From contig OZ336875.1 in the NCBI GenBank assembly GCA_965287045.1, forward strand, positions 97,464,001-97,528,000: a stretch of 64,000 nucleotides of DNA, in the 5' to 3' direction. The DNA is from Carcharhinus amblyrhynchos. Its lineage: Eukaryota. The position numbers and the translations under genes were made by a program. Shown one piece after another: positions 24,041-35,245 of the stretch; within the stretch, counting starts at the first letter, position 1, and the number at the start of each line of letters is the position of its first letter. The notes below the pieces were generated by a model. The model was not told the DNA's origin. It ran no database searches and was given only the letters and a program-made list of their open reading frames with translations.

Positions 24041-24303
24041 TGTAAGCTGTATGTTCAGTAGATTTCAAATAAGTGCTGAGTCTTGTATGGTTGAACATCA
24101 AGTGTTTACTGGTAACATATATAGATATACATATATAGAACATTGCTCAAGCCATGAGCTAACTCCATGCTTGCTTCTACCCACATCTTGGTCCAGTCCA
24201 AAACTGACCCTAGTCATATGTCTCTTTACATCACACAGTGGATGGTACAGTTTCCCAGTCCCGCATTAAATCTTACTATGCTAGATACCCTAATACTACT
24301 ACA
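24041..24303 (-). repeat. Gypsy 5' LTR candidate
   Basis: Diverged direct repeat of 12611-12862; TG...CA ends. Confidence 0.75.
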
Positions 24304-24589
24304 CACATGTCGTTCAGCATATACCATGGTGGAAATGGTTAAGAGTGGCTTGGACACCATTTTAATTCCAAACTGGTATCTGTAGCCCTGAAAATACTGA
24401 CTTGGAGCCAAATTTTGGAGTCACAATGGTTAGATTATAAATTTTCAATGGGAGATTGCACCCTGCTCCCAGAAACTACATATTTCATGGGATGTGGCAC
24501 AGTGAAAAGGAGTGTATCCATTCAGTAGCCCAAATTTCTGTGGTGGTAAAACTTGATTCACAATCACAACAGTTGTGTGCAGCCACTGC

Positions 24590-25825
24590 ATGAGATTAGG
24601 AAGGAAAATGCAATGTTGATGATTATTGTAATGGGTATGACATACAAAAGTACAGAAGTTTTACTGCATTTGTACAGGGCATTCTATGTCTGGAGTACAG
24701 TGGACAGTTTTGATGTCCTTATTTGAAAAAAGGAATTGTGTTAGAAGTAGCTTGGAGAAGGTTCACTTGACTCATTCCTGGAATTAAAGCTTATTTTATG
24801 AAGAAAGATTGAACAGATTGAGCCTAAATCCATTGGCGTTTAGAAGAATGTGAGGTGATCTTGTTGAAATGTATAATATCTTGAAGAGATTTGACAGGGT
24901 GGATACACAGTGGATGTTTTCTCTGGTGCCACAGACTAGAACCAGGGGTCACACTTTAAGAATAAGATTTCACCCTTTTAAGATGGAGATCTGAGTTATT
25001 TTCCTCTCTGAAAAGGTTGGTACTTTGTGGAATTCTCTACCCCAGAAAGCAGTGGAGGCTGGGTCATTGAACTTATTCAGGGCCAAGTTAGATGTCCTGG
25101 TCCCCCACGCTGATGCTAAAGTTAAGAGAGTCCACCAATGCTTCTACTTTCTCAGGAGACTAAGGAAATTTGGCATGTCCACTCTATAACTCTCACTAAT
25201 TTTTACAGGTGCACCATAGAATCATTTCCAGATGTATCACAGTTTGGTATGGCTCCTGCTCTAACCACGACCGCAAGGAATTATAAAGGGTTGTGAATGT
25301 AGCCCAGTCCATCATGCAAACCAGCCTCCCACCCATTGACTCTGTCTACACTTCCCACAGCCTTGGAAAAGCAGCCAGCATAATCAAGGATCCCACACAC
25401 CTTGGACATACCATTCCATCTACTTCCAACAGGAAAAAGATACAAAAGTCTGAAATCAAGTACCAACTGACTCAATAATTGCTTCTCCCCTGCTGCCATC
25501 AACTTTTGAATAGACCTACCTTGTCTGAAGATAATCTTTCTCTACACCCTAGCTGTGACTGTAACGCTATATCCTGCACCTACTCTTTTCCTTCTTCCTT
25601 ATGTACTTTGTGAACTCTGTCTAGCTCACAAGAAACAATACTTTTCACTGCGTCCCAATACATGTGACAATAATAAATCAAAATGTTTGCTGGATAGGGC
25701 TATGGGGATAGTCAAAAAAGTGCAGCTGAGGCCATAACCAGATCAACTAATATCTTACTGAATGGTGCAGCAGGCTGGAAAAGGGCCGAACGATCCCACT
25801 CCCGCCCCTAAGCCCTATGTTCCTA
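24590..25825 (+). mobile_element. Old CR1 3' portion interrupted by a Rex1-like LINE
   Basis: Degenerate EFRRM.GDL..TRGH..WNSLP, resuming after 25682 with the CR1 3' UTR. Confidence 0.8.
25095..25682 (+). mobile_element. Rex1/Babar-like LINE 3' fragment
   Basis: HQCFYFLRRLRKFGM..WYGSCS..DRKEL..VVNVAQSI..KAASIIKDPTH; 3' end TTTTCACTG..CATGTGACAATAATAAATC. Confidence 0.8.
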
Positions 25826-26226
25826 AAATTGAAATTTCGGGCGTTCACTAAGTTATTGCTTTTAATCCAAGTTAATGCGATCCACCCAGTGATAATGGTC
25901 TTGCTCCGTGATTATTGATCAAACCCCACGTAAAAATGCAATAATCTCCTACATAGGGCACTTTTGCTTCAAGTGCAAATGTGTGGCAGCATTTATCAAA
26001 GTAAAAAAAATGTCTTTATAAGAAGTCTCAGTACTCTGTGTGTGTGTACATATCCACCTCATTCTAATCGCAAAGCTCTGAAGATGACAAGTATAAAGGG
26101 GTTAAATGAATGGTGATTTTTTAAAGCCTACTTGAACAAAAATTACATAAAATTCTTCTTATTGAAGTCTTCATCCATAGCATGTAACACACACAGGAGA
26201 ACACTGCTATAGGTCTGGTTTGCAAA

Positions 26227-26241
26227 GACTACAAGTCCCAG
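26227..26241 (+). promoter_or_regulatory. ZNF143/THAP11-type promoter motif
   Basis: GACTACAAGTCCCAG matches the ACTACAnnTCCCAG consensus, about 270 bp upstream of the ATG. Confidence 0.7.
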
Positions 26242-26271
26242 GACAAGCTGCTGCTGGCGTGCTTGCCTCCA

Positions 26272-26353
26272 GTGTGTGTGTGTGTGTGAGAGAGAGGGAG
26301 TTATTTGAATATTGCTCACTGTGAGTGAGACACAGAGAAAGAGAGAGAGAGAG
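26272..26353. repeat. (TG)n/(GA)n microsatellites in the promoter
   Basis: GTGTGTGTGTGTGTGTGAGAGAGAG and GAGAGAGAGAGA tracts. Confidence 0.85.
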
Positions 26354-26363
26354 GCGCCTGCGC
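26354..26363. promoter_or_regulatory. NRF1-type motif
   Basis: GCGCCTGCGC matches the GCGCNTGCGC consensus. Confidence 0.6.
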
Positions 26364-26500
26364 TGCGGGAGGAGGGACCGGGGTGGTAGCAGCAGCCCTT
26401 AGTACCGGCGATCGCCTCTTCCCAGTTCCGCTGACTTTCGGCTTGTGCTTTTTAAAAAAACCCAGAGCCCGATCCGCAGCAGCGCCGCCCGCAGCGACCC

Positions 26501-26509
26501 ATGCACACG
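26501..26509 (+). CDS. Coding part of a probable first exon (MHT, phase 0) of an unidentified gene
   Basis: GC-rich 5' UTR-like GCAGCAGCGCCGCCCGCAGCGACCC, then ATG CAC ACG and a strong donor ACG|GTAAGC. The ATG could instead be an upstream ATG in a non-coding exon. Confidence 0.55.
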
Positions 26510-28574
26510 GTAAGCACCGTCAGCCGTCTCCTTTCCTCCTGTGAAACTCACCTGTTTCTCTCAGGCTGGAGGCTGCCTGTCATTTCTCTCAGATCTCTCC
26601 CTGTGTCTGTGTAATAACAATGAATGAATGCAGATCCCATGCTTTGGGATGTTACGCGGGGGGAGGGAATACAGGCTGTCCCAATATTTCTCTGATTGTG
26701 TTATACGATCGTTTTTTTAAAAAATTGCACGTCACACAATAAGGGTGGGAGAAACTGGGTGTTAAAAATGGGAAGAAATTCATCATTCCCAGAGCAGGGG
26801 AAACACTCTGGGAACACTGGAGTGGGTGTGCAGCCGCTGCAGATGGCTGGACATTAAGAGCTCTTGGAAAACCCAGCCATTTCCTTTGGCATTCCACATG
26901 TTATATTCCAAAATAAGTATCAGGCGTTTTTATGTTTCTGCTTTTTTCAGAACCGCACCCACACTGGTGATATCATTTGGAGTATGGTCTCTCCCCCACT
27001 CCCCTGTTCCAGCATTTACCCCTTAATGACTATCCTTGATGCACAGGAAAAGTAAATGTTAAGATGACAGTTTCCATAAACTGCAGGCGGGTGAGGACGA
27101 CGTTTCGGCCCATCAGCCGCCGCCTACCCTCCTTACTCCAAGCACGAAAGACCTCCAATTTCCTCCAACTAGTTGTTCCTTACCTAGGTTTTAGTGTGTT
27201 AACTCCGCGCGTTACGTTTGTGTATTTGCTTACTGTGATCAGAAATGTTATTTTAAATCAAAAAAATCACAAGCCAAGTTATTTTAATTTGGGCCACAGC
27301 GTCTTTGCTCGGAGGGGGAGTTAGGAATCTGATAAAAGCAGCGTGAGCTGTATGCCTTCAGTAATGAGACTAAGACGGAAGAGAGAGAGAACACTTCTGC
27401 ACCAGATCGGATGCAGTGCTCAGAAATCAGGAACCTGAGGCGGCGGGAGTGGAGCCGCTCTTTCAACTGAGATGTTGGCACACGCCTTGGTTTTTCAACA
27501 GAGTCCCTGCCTTAATGTTCCTTTTTACATTGCCTCAGTCAGAAAGGGAGCATCGCCATCAGTAGCCATGAATTTGATTGAGGAACGACTTGTCCCCGTG
27601 AAGAAATCGGGAATTGAGCCTTTATCACAGCCTGCTCGGGGGGATGTGCTGCGTCTTTTGTAATGGGGCGGTGCCTCTAGACTGGGCTGTCTTGCAATTA
27701 GCTGCAAGTGTCTTTTATTAACGGAGCGTGCTATACAATAAAGCTGCAGACAGGCAGATTTCATGTTCCATTCTATTGTTTTTGTTTCATTTTAAGCTCG
27801 AGAGTTCACCTTTAGAAAATCCGTAAGCAGCATTGAAAGAGCTTAACGCCACCAACAGTTAATATCCTATCCGTTTGACATGTCACTTTGCCTCGCTACG
27901 TGATTGCTTTTTTTTACTGGTAATTCCAGGAACTGGCCTCCCTGAAAACTACTTACAAAAGGGGCACCAGCTCCTTTCTGAGATGTGGCTACTCTAATTT
28001 TAGCTGCTGCGTGTCCAATTGTTGTCTGACAGTTTCTGCCCGTGGTTAATTGCCATAATACAGACTCGTTTTGACCCAGGAAGTGGTGTGTGTGTGTGAA
28101 GAAAATACAATCTGTTATTCCTTTCCTTCTATTCATTGCAATGGCTGGTTACTTACTGCAAGCTCCACTTCACTGCTTTCCACATTTTGGTGTGTGTGTT
28201 TGGGTCGCTCAGGTAGATTTGTGGTTAGGCATTTACTGTTTAAAAAAGAATAACGGGCGAGGCAGCCGGTTGTCACCATTATTCGAGCGGCAATTTCAGG
28301 GAGGTGCAGAGTGGAAATCCGCAAGTTGCTGTCAAACTTCTTGCTGCGTCTCCGTAGACTGCAAGAAATCTGGCATTCTGACCACTGATTCAATTATATT
28401 GGACGGTGTGAAGTTCCTGCACTTCTTATTGTAGCTACCGACATTTGGGTCTTGCCTATTTTGGTGTAAGCACCTTTTTAGAAGGCTTGATGAAGTCTTT
28501 AATATTATTGTCATGCAGTCGCTTTGAAAATTGTCTTTTACAAATGCGGAGTCTCAATCCTTCTTGTTGGTGGA

Positions 28575-28760
28575 ATGATTTGAAAGTTGGCCAGGACATT
28601 GGAATAATCCCCCAGCTCCTCTTCAAATAGTGTCATGGGATCTTTTACATAACATGAGATAGCATACGGACCCTCTATTTAACTTATATAAAGGTTGGCA
28701 CTTCTGACAAGGCAGCACCTCCTTCAGTACTGGGCTAAGGTGTTAGCCTGGATTATTTTA
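28575..28760 (-). mobile_element. Deu-domain SINE fragment (SacSINE1/AmnSINE1-like)
   Basis: Minus strand GTAAAAGATCCCATGACACTATTTGAAGAGGAGC..TGTCCTGGCCAA. Confidence 0.75.
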
Positions 28761-28809
28761 ATAGCTTGCTGCATATAAATACGTACCGTAAGTAGTTTGC
28801 TTCAAGGTA

Positions 28810-29035
28810 TGGTAAGTCTCTCAACACCAGGTTAAAGTCCAACAGGTTTATTTGGCATCACGAGCTTTCAGAACACTGCTCCTTCATCAGGTGGAATGGG
28901 TGGTTGCTCAACCTGATGAAGGAACAGAGCTTTGGAAGCTCGTGATTCCAGATAAACCTGTTGGAATTTAACCTGGTGTTGTGAGACTTCTTACTGTGCT
29001 CATCCCAGTCCAACGCCAGCAACTTCACATCATCT
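28810..29035 (+). mobile_element. Fold-back Penelope-like mini-element with target-site duplication
   Basis: About 80-bp inverted arms (28813-28892 / 28911-28989) plus unpaired tail. CTTCAAGGTA repeated at 28800-28809 and 29036-29045. Confidence 0.8.
28859..28893 (-). ncRNA. Minimal type I hammerhead ribozyme motif
   Basis: Minus strand CAC-CUGAUGA-A-GGAGC-AGU-GUUCU-GAAA-GC-UC-GUG: both core boxes intact, stem II pairs (two G-U), stem I CAC/GUG, palindromic AGCU in place of stem III. Confidence 0.7.
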
Positions 29036-29099
29036 CTTCAAGGTAGTGTGCGTTACAACAGAGGGTTGGTGGTCATTATGGTTTAGATCACCGGTTATT

Positions 29100-29480
29100 T
29101 TGAAATGATCAAAGCAGTGGTTTTGAAGTGTGCCTTGAGGAAAGGAGGAAGATGGAGAGACGAACAAGGTCATGGGAGGAAATTCTGGAACTTGGGGTCT
29201 TAAACAATTGAAGACCCCACCACCATTGGTGGGACAAAAGATGCACGAGGGCAGAATTAGAAGAATGCTGAGTTCTCTGAGAGTTCTTGGGCTGTTGGAG
29301 GTTACAGAGAGAGGGTTGAGGCTATGCAGGAAGTTGAATACAAGATTGTAAAGATCAAGAACTAGTGTGGATCAGTGACCACAGGTGGTGGGCAAAAGGA
29401 AATTAAAGCAAATTAAGATAGCAGCAGCAGAGTTTTGGATGAACTCATGGAGTGGAAATGGGAGGCCAGCTGAATAGTCG
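29100..29480 (-). mobile_element. Old L2-like LINE fragment
   Basis: GCAGCAGAGTTTTGGATGAACT and related blocks typical of the L2 3' region in reverse. Confidence 0.6.
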
Positions 29481-29504
29481 AGTAGGAAATAACAAATGTG
29501 TGAC

Positions 29505-29860
29505 AATTTGAGCCTCAATCCCAGAGACTTGAGCATATAATGCAAACTGACACTTTATTGCAGCACCAAGTGGTTGCTGCACTGTTGGAGGTGCTGTTTT
29601 CATATAAAACATCAGAACAGAGGCCTGCCTACCATCTCGGTCCTTGGGGTACTTTCTGCAGAAGCGAATGGCAGTTTCCCCTGTTGTCCTACTCAATATT
29701 TATTCCTCAATCAACATCACCAGAATAGATTAGCCAGTTGGCTATCTCATTGCTGTTTGTTCGACTTATTATGTGCAAATTGGTTGTTGATGTTCCCTAC
29801 CCTACAACAGTAGCTGAACCTCAAAGTATTATAACATTTGTCTTGCTATATAAGTTATAG
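29505..29860 (+). mobile_element. Deu-domain SINE
   Basis: GGAGGTGCTGTTTT..CAATATTTATTCCTCAATCAACATCACC..CTCATTGCTGTTTGT..TGTGCAAATTGG..TACAACAGT. Confidence 0.78.
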
Positions 29861-29941
29861 TTTTCTCTAAACCACCAAGGTTATGGTTTCTCAGCATTTG
29901 AATGCAGTGTTGAGAAATGTCTACAATATAAACTGGACACT

Positions 29942-30232
29942 AGGGACGGTGATCTTACTGCCTGCTCATGCCACGCTCCCACTGCAGTGAGATCGGAGAA
30001 TTTGGCGGCTGGCCAAATTTCTGTTCACTGCGGTGGGATGAGAAAAACTCACTGGTGTGAATAATGGTTAGATTCCGGCCTAGAAGTCTGATTATAAAAC
30101 ATAATGGGTGGGATTTTCTGGCCACATTTAGTCTGAAACTGGAAAATCCTGCCCGAGGTCAGCGGACCTTTCCCTGATCTGTCCCTCGCCTGCTACGGTG
30201 CCCATGGTGGGCAGAAAGGGAAAATTTGCTCC
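29942..30232. mobile_element. Two short adjacent MITE-like elements (29942-30080, 30106-30232)
   Basis: Termini GGGACGGTGATCTTAC/GTTAGATTCCGGCC and GGGTGGGATTTTC/GAAAATTTGCTCC; internal CCCGAGGTCAGCGGACCTT also at about 48185. Confidence 0.55.
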
Positions 30233-33200
30233 AGTTTATTTATTTAAACTCACTGCTATGCTTTATGATTTGGAGGCATAGGTTACGAATTTTGGGATTG
30301 GGCGGGATTGTGCAGACTCAATAGGCTGAATGGCCTCTTCTGCACTGTAGGGATTCTATGATGATATATATTGCACTTAATTGATATCTAGTAGGAGGGC
30401 TAACCTTGAAAATTTCTAAAAGGCTACTGCTCACCAATGCCTGTGCCGATATTGGAATTTTAGGGCCTAGAAATACAACTTTGTATGTTCCTTTCAGTCA
30501 TTAACAATATGGTATTGTAATTGATAAATAGTGGAAACTTTAATCCCCCTTCACCTCACTTTCTAGTTGCTGTGCCAGACAAGTGATGTAAAGCATATGT
30601 ATATCCTGTTAGAACAGCCTGAACTCTACTTCAATAATAATGGTAGGGTTATCAGTGCTCGCTGTTATTACAGGGTGTATCTGACTGCAAGTCTGGCATT
30701 TACACTTGTGCAATTAAACATGGAAATGCAGAAGTTGCAGTCAGAGATACGCTGTTCCTCTATAGGATGCAGTCATCGCTGTTAAATACGCTGCGGAAGT
30801 CACTGTAATAGCTAGAACTTCAAGTATTTGGCCTCAAGTCCTGTACTAGGGCTGGCGCATTTAGCAGTAAGGGAGTTTCTAATGGAGTAATAAGTGATAA
30901 TTAATGCTGAAAAACCTCTCTGGCCCTGAAAAATACTTTTACCAGTATAGATTTTGATTCTGCAAATTAATGTTGGAGACTTTTTAAAAAAATCTTTTTT
31001 TCTGTTTCTCCCTTTTATCTTTCCCTAATTTATATTTCTCAATCCTTATTTTGTTCCCTGTGCATCTTTCAAATATATTTGATGTTTTCTGTTTCTTACT
31101 TCCTGGTTCAGATTCTGTGCATCACAGTGGGAACTCTTCAGTCTGATTGGTTGGCAAGCCTTTCTGTTGCTTTTCCTGTCCAAATACCACAGATTATCAG
31201 TAAAGCCAAACTGAAACAGACAGTGGAAATCTTCACTGATGAGCCCACAAAAAAAGTTTCTGGGCAACTATCTACATGATGAATGCCAAAGCAGTTCCTT
31301 CCCTGCTGAGGGTAGAATCCTAGCCAATAGCTCATACTCTAGTCATTACTTTAGAAGGAGCAGACCAAGCAAATGAGAGAGAGCCATATAATCAATTTTA
31401 TGGATACCAGGGTTTATGAAATAAAGGAAGGAAAATAGTACCTGGTGAATTAGCAGCATTTACGTTAACAAATACCCAACCTTTGTTTCAATGAAGAGGA
31501 TATTCTTTTGTAAACTTAACACTGGGGTAGAATATTATTTATTTTAACTTTGGCGGAAACACCAGGCAAATGATGATTAACTTCTGTACTTTACCACAGC
31601 TCCCACCATTCAGCAGGAAAGCACACATATGTTCCTACGTTACTTGGCACATTGGTAGCATGGCATTGGGCTGGGTCTTTGCATATCGTGGGTTGTGTCA
31701 TGAAATGAAACGGTGTATGGACTTACCCTTTCATTCCTGTTTTTGCATGTTTCTCTCTACCTTTTCACTTGTTCCTGTTTATTTCGCCTCTTTATGTATG
31801 TCTTTCATTTCAATCTGTCTCCCTCTTCCAATTATTCATGCGCCATTCTTGTCTGATGAATCACTCATTCCTTCATTATTAAAGTGTTGGGCTCTTTTAC
31901 TTTTATCTCTCTCTGCAGTTTATCTTTTACTGTTTTTCACATTTTCCTTGCTCCCTATTTTTGTATATTTGCAACTGTGGAGCAATACACAATTTGGTCA
32001 GTGTTGTCTATACTATCAGTGATTGTTTACTAATAATGTACATAAAATTCCTGATTGAATTTTGTTCATATTGGGACTTGGGTTGTTGTGTTAGATTCAA
32101 TTGCAATGTGTTTGTGGCAGGATTTGAAAGAACCTTGGGTACCCAGTTGTATCCTGGTGAATGAAATGTGTATGAAAGTCTTCTGTTTAGCCTTTTATAG
32201 GTGGGGAAGCAGTGTTGAAAGTGTCAAGCTCCACCATTGTTTATGTTTGTTCTTGAGGATTGCTTTGGGTTACTAAGTCGTTCTGAGATAGTCTGGCCAA
32301 GTATTAATGACATTGCTCCCTGCATGGAGCATAATATAAGTGAGGAGCAAAATATTAACAAAAAGCACTTACTTCTAGAGAAGCTCAGCAACAGGAACCG
32401 TTGCCTTACTGGTAGAGTTGCGGAATGAAATACATCAGATGGTTCTGCTGGCAGACAGAATGTAATTTGTTGACGTGCCTCACTCCAGTTCGGACCTGGC
32501 TTAAAGTTCAATGGACATTGCAGCTCTCCTTTTATGAATTGCAATTTATCAGTGGTTCTTTGCTAATTAGTGGGTGGTAAGCAAAGGTTCATTAGTTACG
32601 AGACCATCTTTATTATGGCCAAATGAAATTGGGAAGAAGGCTACACTTGGGCTCCAGACCAGGCATTGAATCACTTGCACTTTTGGAATCCTGTTATTAG
32701 GACCCTATTTTTTAAAAATGCTTAAGATGTTTTGGGGTGCATTAACTCCCTGTTTTTGAACTGACGGGGTTCCCTCCGTTTGTTAGTCCTGCCTGTGCAA
32801 TACACTACGATTACCTGGGAGTTCCATGTGTCTTCTATTATCGATTTGAGTCCGGCCACCAGGGGTTTGTGAGAGTGGCTCAGGATGATTTTTCTTCTGT
32901 TTGAGTCTGGCCTCCACACTCCGTAACCTCCACACAGCAGAACAGCCGAGACCAGTGGCTTACTGTGCAAATGACCATGGTGATGACTACCTTAGCAATC
33001 TATGGCATACCTTTGTGGCACTTAAACACTGCATTAGAATTCAATGATTGTCATTTCTATTATAGTGAAGTAATACCATTATTTGTGAGAATAGCTGGCA
33101 GCTTGATGATACAAGAGAGTAGATAGGATTCTGGTTTAATAATTCATTATATCATTGTGCCTTCTGAGATTTCTGATTGCTCAGAGAACCCATGCAAACA

Positions 33201-33534
33201 GGGAGTGGGTGGGAAAACGGAGTTAAGGCCAAAACTGAGCCACGGCCAAATTGTGTTCTCACAGCTTGTCTCAATTCATTCCACTAATTGTATTGCATAG
33301 AATGACAAATATCAACATTCTTTTTAAGTGATTATTCTGATATTGTCAGGGAAACTATCTTGGAGGAGTTATGAAATGTGATAAGTTGAAGATGTACTGG
33401 CAGAAATATAGAGGAAATGACATATTTATGACACATTATAGATTAATGTCTGTTTATTTCTGAATATTAGTGTTGCTATCTAACTGTGTCCAGCTTGTTA
33501 CCTACTCTGTTGCACAGCAAGAAGCTGGTATGAA

Positions 33535-34240
33535 GTATTGTAGTGTAGTGGTACTGTTACTTGATTTGTAATCCAGTTACCTGCATTAATCACTGGAGAC
33601 ATGATCACATCCCATCTTGGCAACTAGGGAATTTTAATTCAATCTGTTAATTAAAATCTGGAATCAAAAGCTAGTACCATTAATGGTGACTGTGAAACTA
33701 CTATATTTTCTTAAGGAAGAAAAAGTATTAAGTCCTTAGTGATCCTTACCCATGTATGGGATTCTAGCAATGTGGTTAGCTCTCGACTGCCCTCTGTAAT
33801 GGCCTAGCAAGCTGTCAATTAGAAACCGTAGAAATCCTACATTGCAGAAGGAGGCCATTTGGCCTATCGAGTCAGCATGGACAACCATCTCACCCAGGCC
33901 CTATCCATGTAATCTCATCTATTTATCCCATTAATATCTCTGACCTACACATCCTGGAACACTAAGGGGCAATTCTGCATGGCCAATGCACCTAACCCCC
34001 ACATCTTTGGATGTAGGAGGAAAGCAGAACACCTGGAGGAAACCCGTGCAGATACAGGAAGGATGTCCAAACTCCATACAGACAGTGACCCGAGCTGGGA
34101 ACCTAACTCAGGTCCCTGGAGCTGTGAGGCAGCAGTGTTTGGCACTGTGCCACTGAGCTGCCCCAACACCTTCTCAAATGATATTCGGGATGGGTAATAT
34201 ATGCTGACCTTAGTAACGTCAAATCCTGTGAATGGGCAAA
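33535..34240 (+). mobile_element. Third-family SINE split by a minus-strand V-SINE (33820-34165)
   Basis: Third-family blocks at 33540-33815 resume at 34165 (CACCTTCTCAAA..GGGATGGGTAAT); a complete reverse V-SINE lies between. Confidence 0.8.
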
Positions 34241-34891
34241 ACAACTCAATAAAGATATTCAACAGTTCAGAAGGACAAGGAGCAAAAGAGGATAAGTTGT
34301 TTTTTGCAATTGCTTGATTGTAATAAGAGTTATTAAACAACTTTTACTTTTCAAAGGGTTGAACCTTTAGAGTTGTACTTCACTCAGCAAAGTAGCAGAC
34401 AGAAGGAAAGTCCTATAATAGAGTTGCATACGTATTTACAGGTAGGAAATTTATGATCCCAATTTTTCTCTGCACAGCAGCAGTAAACTTCTCTTAAGCC
34501 ATTTACTTCTAAGGAAGACCACAATACAGTACAGTGACTATTAAAAGATATGAGCTGTTATCTTCAAGTTGGTTAAATGGTCAGATTGTACCTGTGATCA
34601 TTTTGGGGAACAGACTTAAGCTGAATGAACACGCGCTTCTCTCTTTTGCCAGCTTAGAATGTGCTAAGTTAGAATGTTGACTGACAGCGCTATTTTGGTG
34701 GCTGCTTCTGCTTAGGCAGTCCCTTGGAGTCGAGGGGAACTTGCTTCCACATTCATAATGAGTTCTCAAGTAACTGAGGAGTCCTATGCATGACCTTCAG
34801 TCTCTGCCACGGGTGGGGCAGACAGTGGTTGGAAGGGCGGGTAGGTGAGATGGCTGAGTTGTCACGCACTCCTTTTGCTGTTGACTTTTGA

Positions 34892-35245
34892 TCATAGAAA
34901 AGATCATAGAAACCCTACAGTACAGAAAGAGGCCATTCGGCCCATCGAGTCTGCACCAACCACAATCCCACCCAGGCGTTACCTCCATATCCCTACATAT
35001 TTGCTCACCAATCTCTCTAACCTACACATTTCAGGACACTAAGGGGCAATTTTTTTAGTATGGCCAATCAACCTCACCCGCGCATCTTTGGACTGTGGGA
35101 GGAAACTGGAGCACCCGGAGGAAACCCCATGCAGACATGAGGAGAATGTGCAAACTCCACACAGACAGTGACCCAGGCCAGGAATTGAACCCAGGTCCTT
35201 GGTGCTGTGAAGCAGCAATGCTAAGCACTGTGCTACCGTGCCGCC
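34892..35245 (-). mobile_element. HE1-like V-SINE, near-consensus
   Basis: Full head GGGCGGCACGGTAGCACAGTG, core and CR1 tail on the minus strand. Confidence 0.93.

Larger units (their letters stand above)
12611..24303 (-). mobile_element. Old Ty3/Gypsy LTR retrotransposon, fragmented by nested insertions
   Basis: Two related LTR-like direct repeats (12611-12862, 24041-24303). On the minus strand: gag, CCHC knuckle, protease, RT, RNase H, integrase in Gypsy order. Polypurine tract next to the left LTR. Confidence 0.75.
26340..28400 (+). promoter_or_regulatory. CpG-enriched, repeat-free promoter / first-intron region
   Basis: Visible CpG clustering (26350-26525, 27085-27210, 27400-27730, 28250-28410) against a CpG-poor background; no recognisable TE. 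Confidence 0.7.

Noticed and set aside
26501-26515. Assigning the gene as DYRK1A because it begins MHT
   Set aside because: From memory the DYRK1A start exon ends in phase 1 (ATGCATACAG|gt) and is not the promoter exon. Here the donor is phase 0 and no GGETSACK-like exon is visible. Three residues are not evidence.
31570-32022. 150-aa hydrophobic ORF as a membrane protein
   Set aside because: Arises from T/C-rich low-complexity intronic sequence depleted of stop codons; no recognisable motif.
32201-32430. Exon 2 candidate after CCTTTTATAG
   Set aside because: All three frames hit stops within about 75 nt and there is no strong donor.
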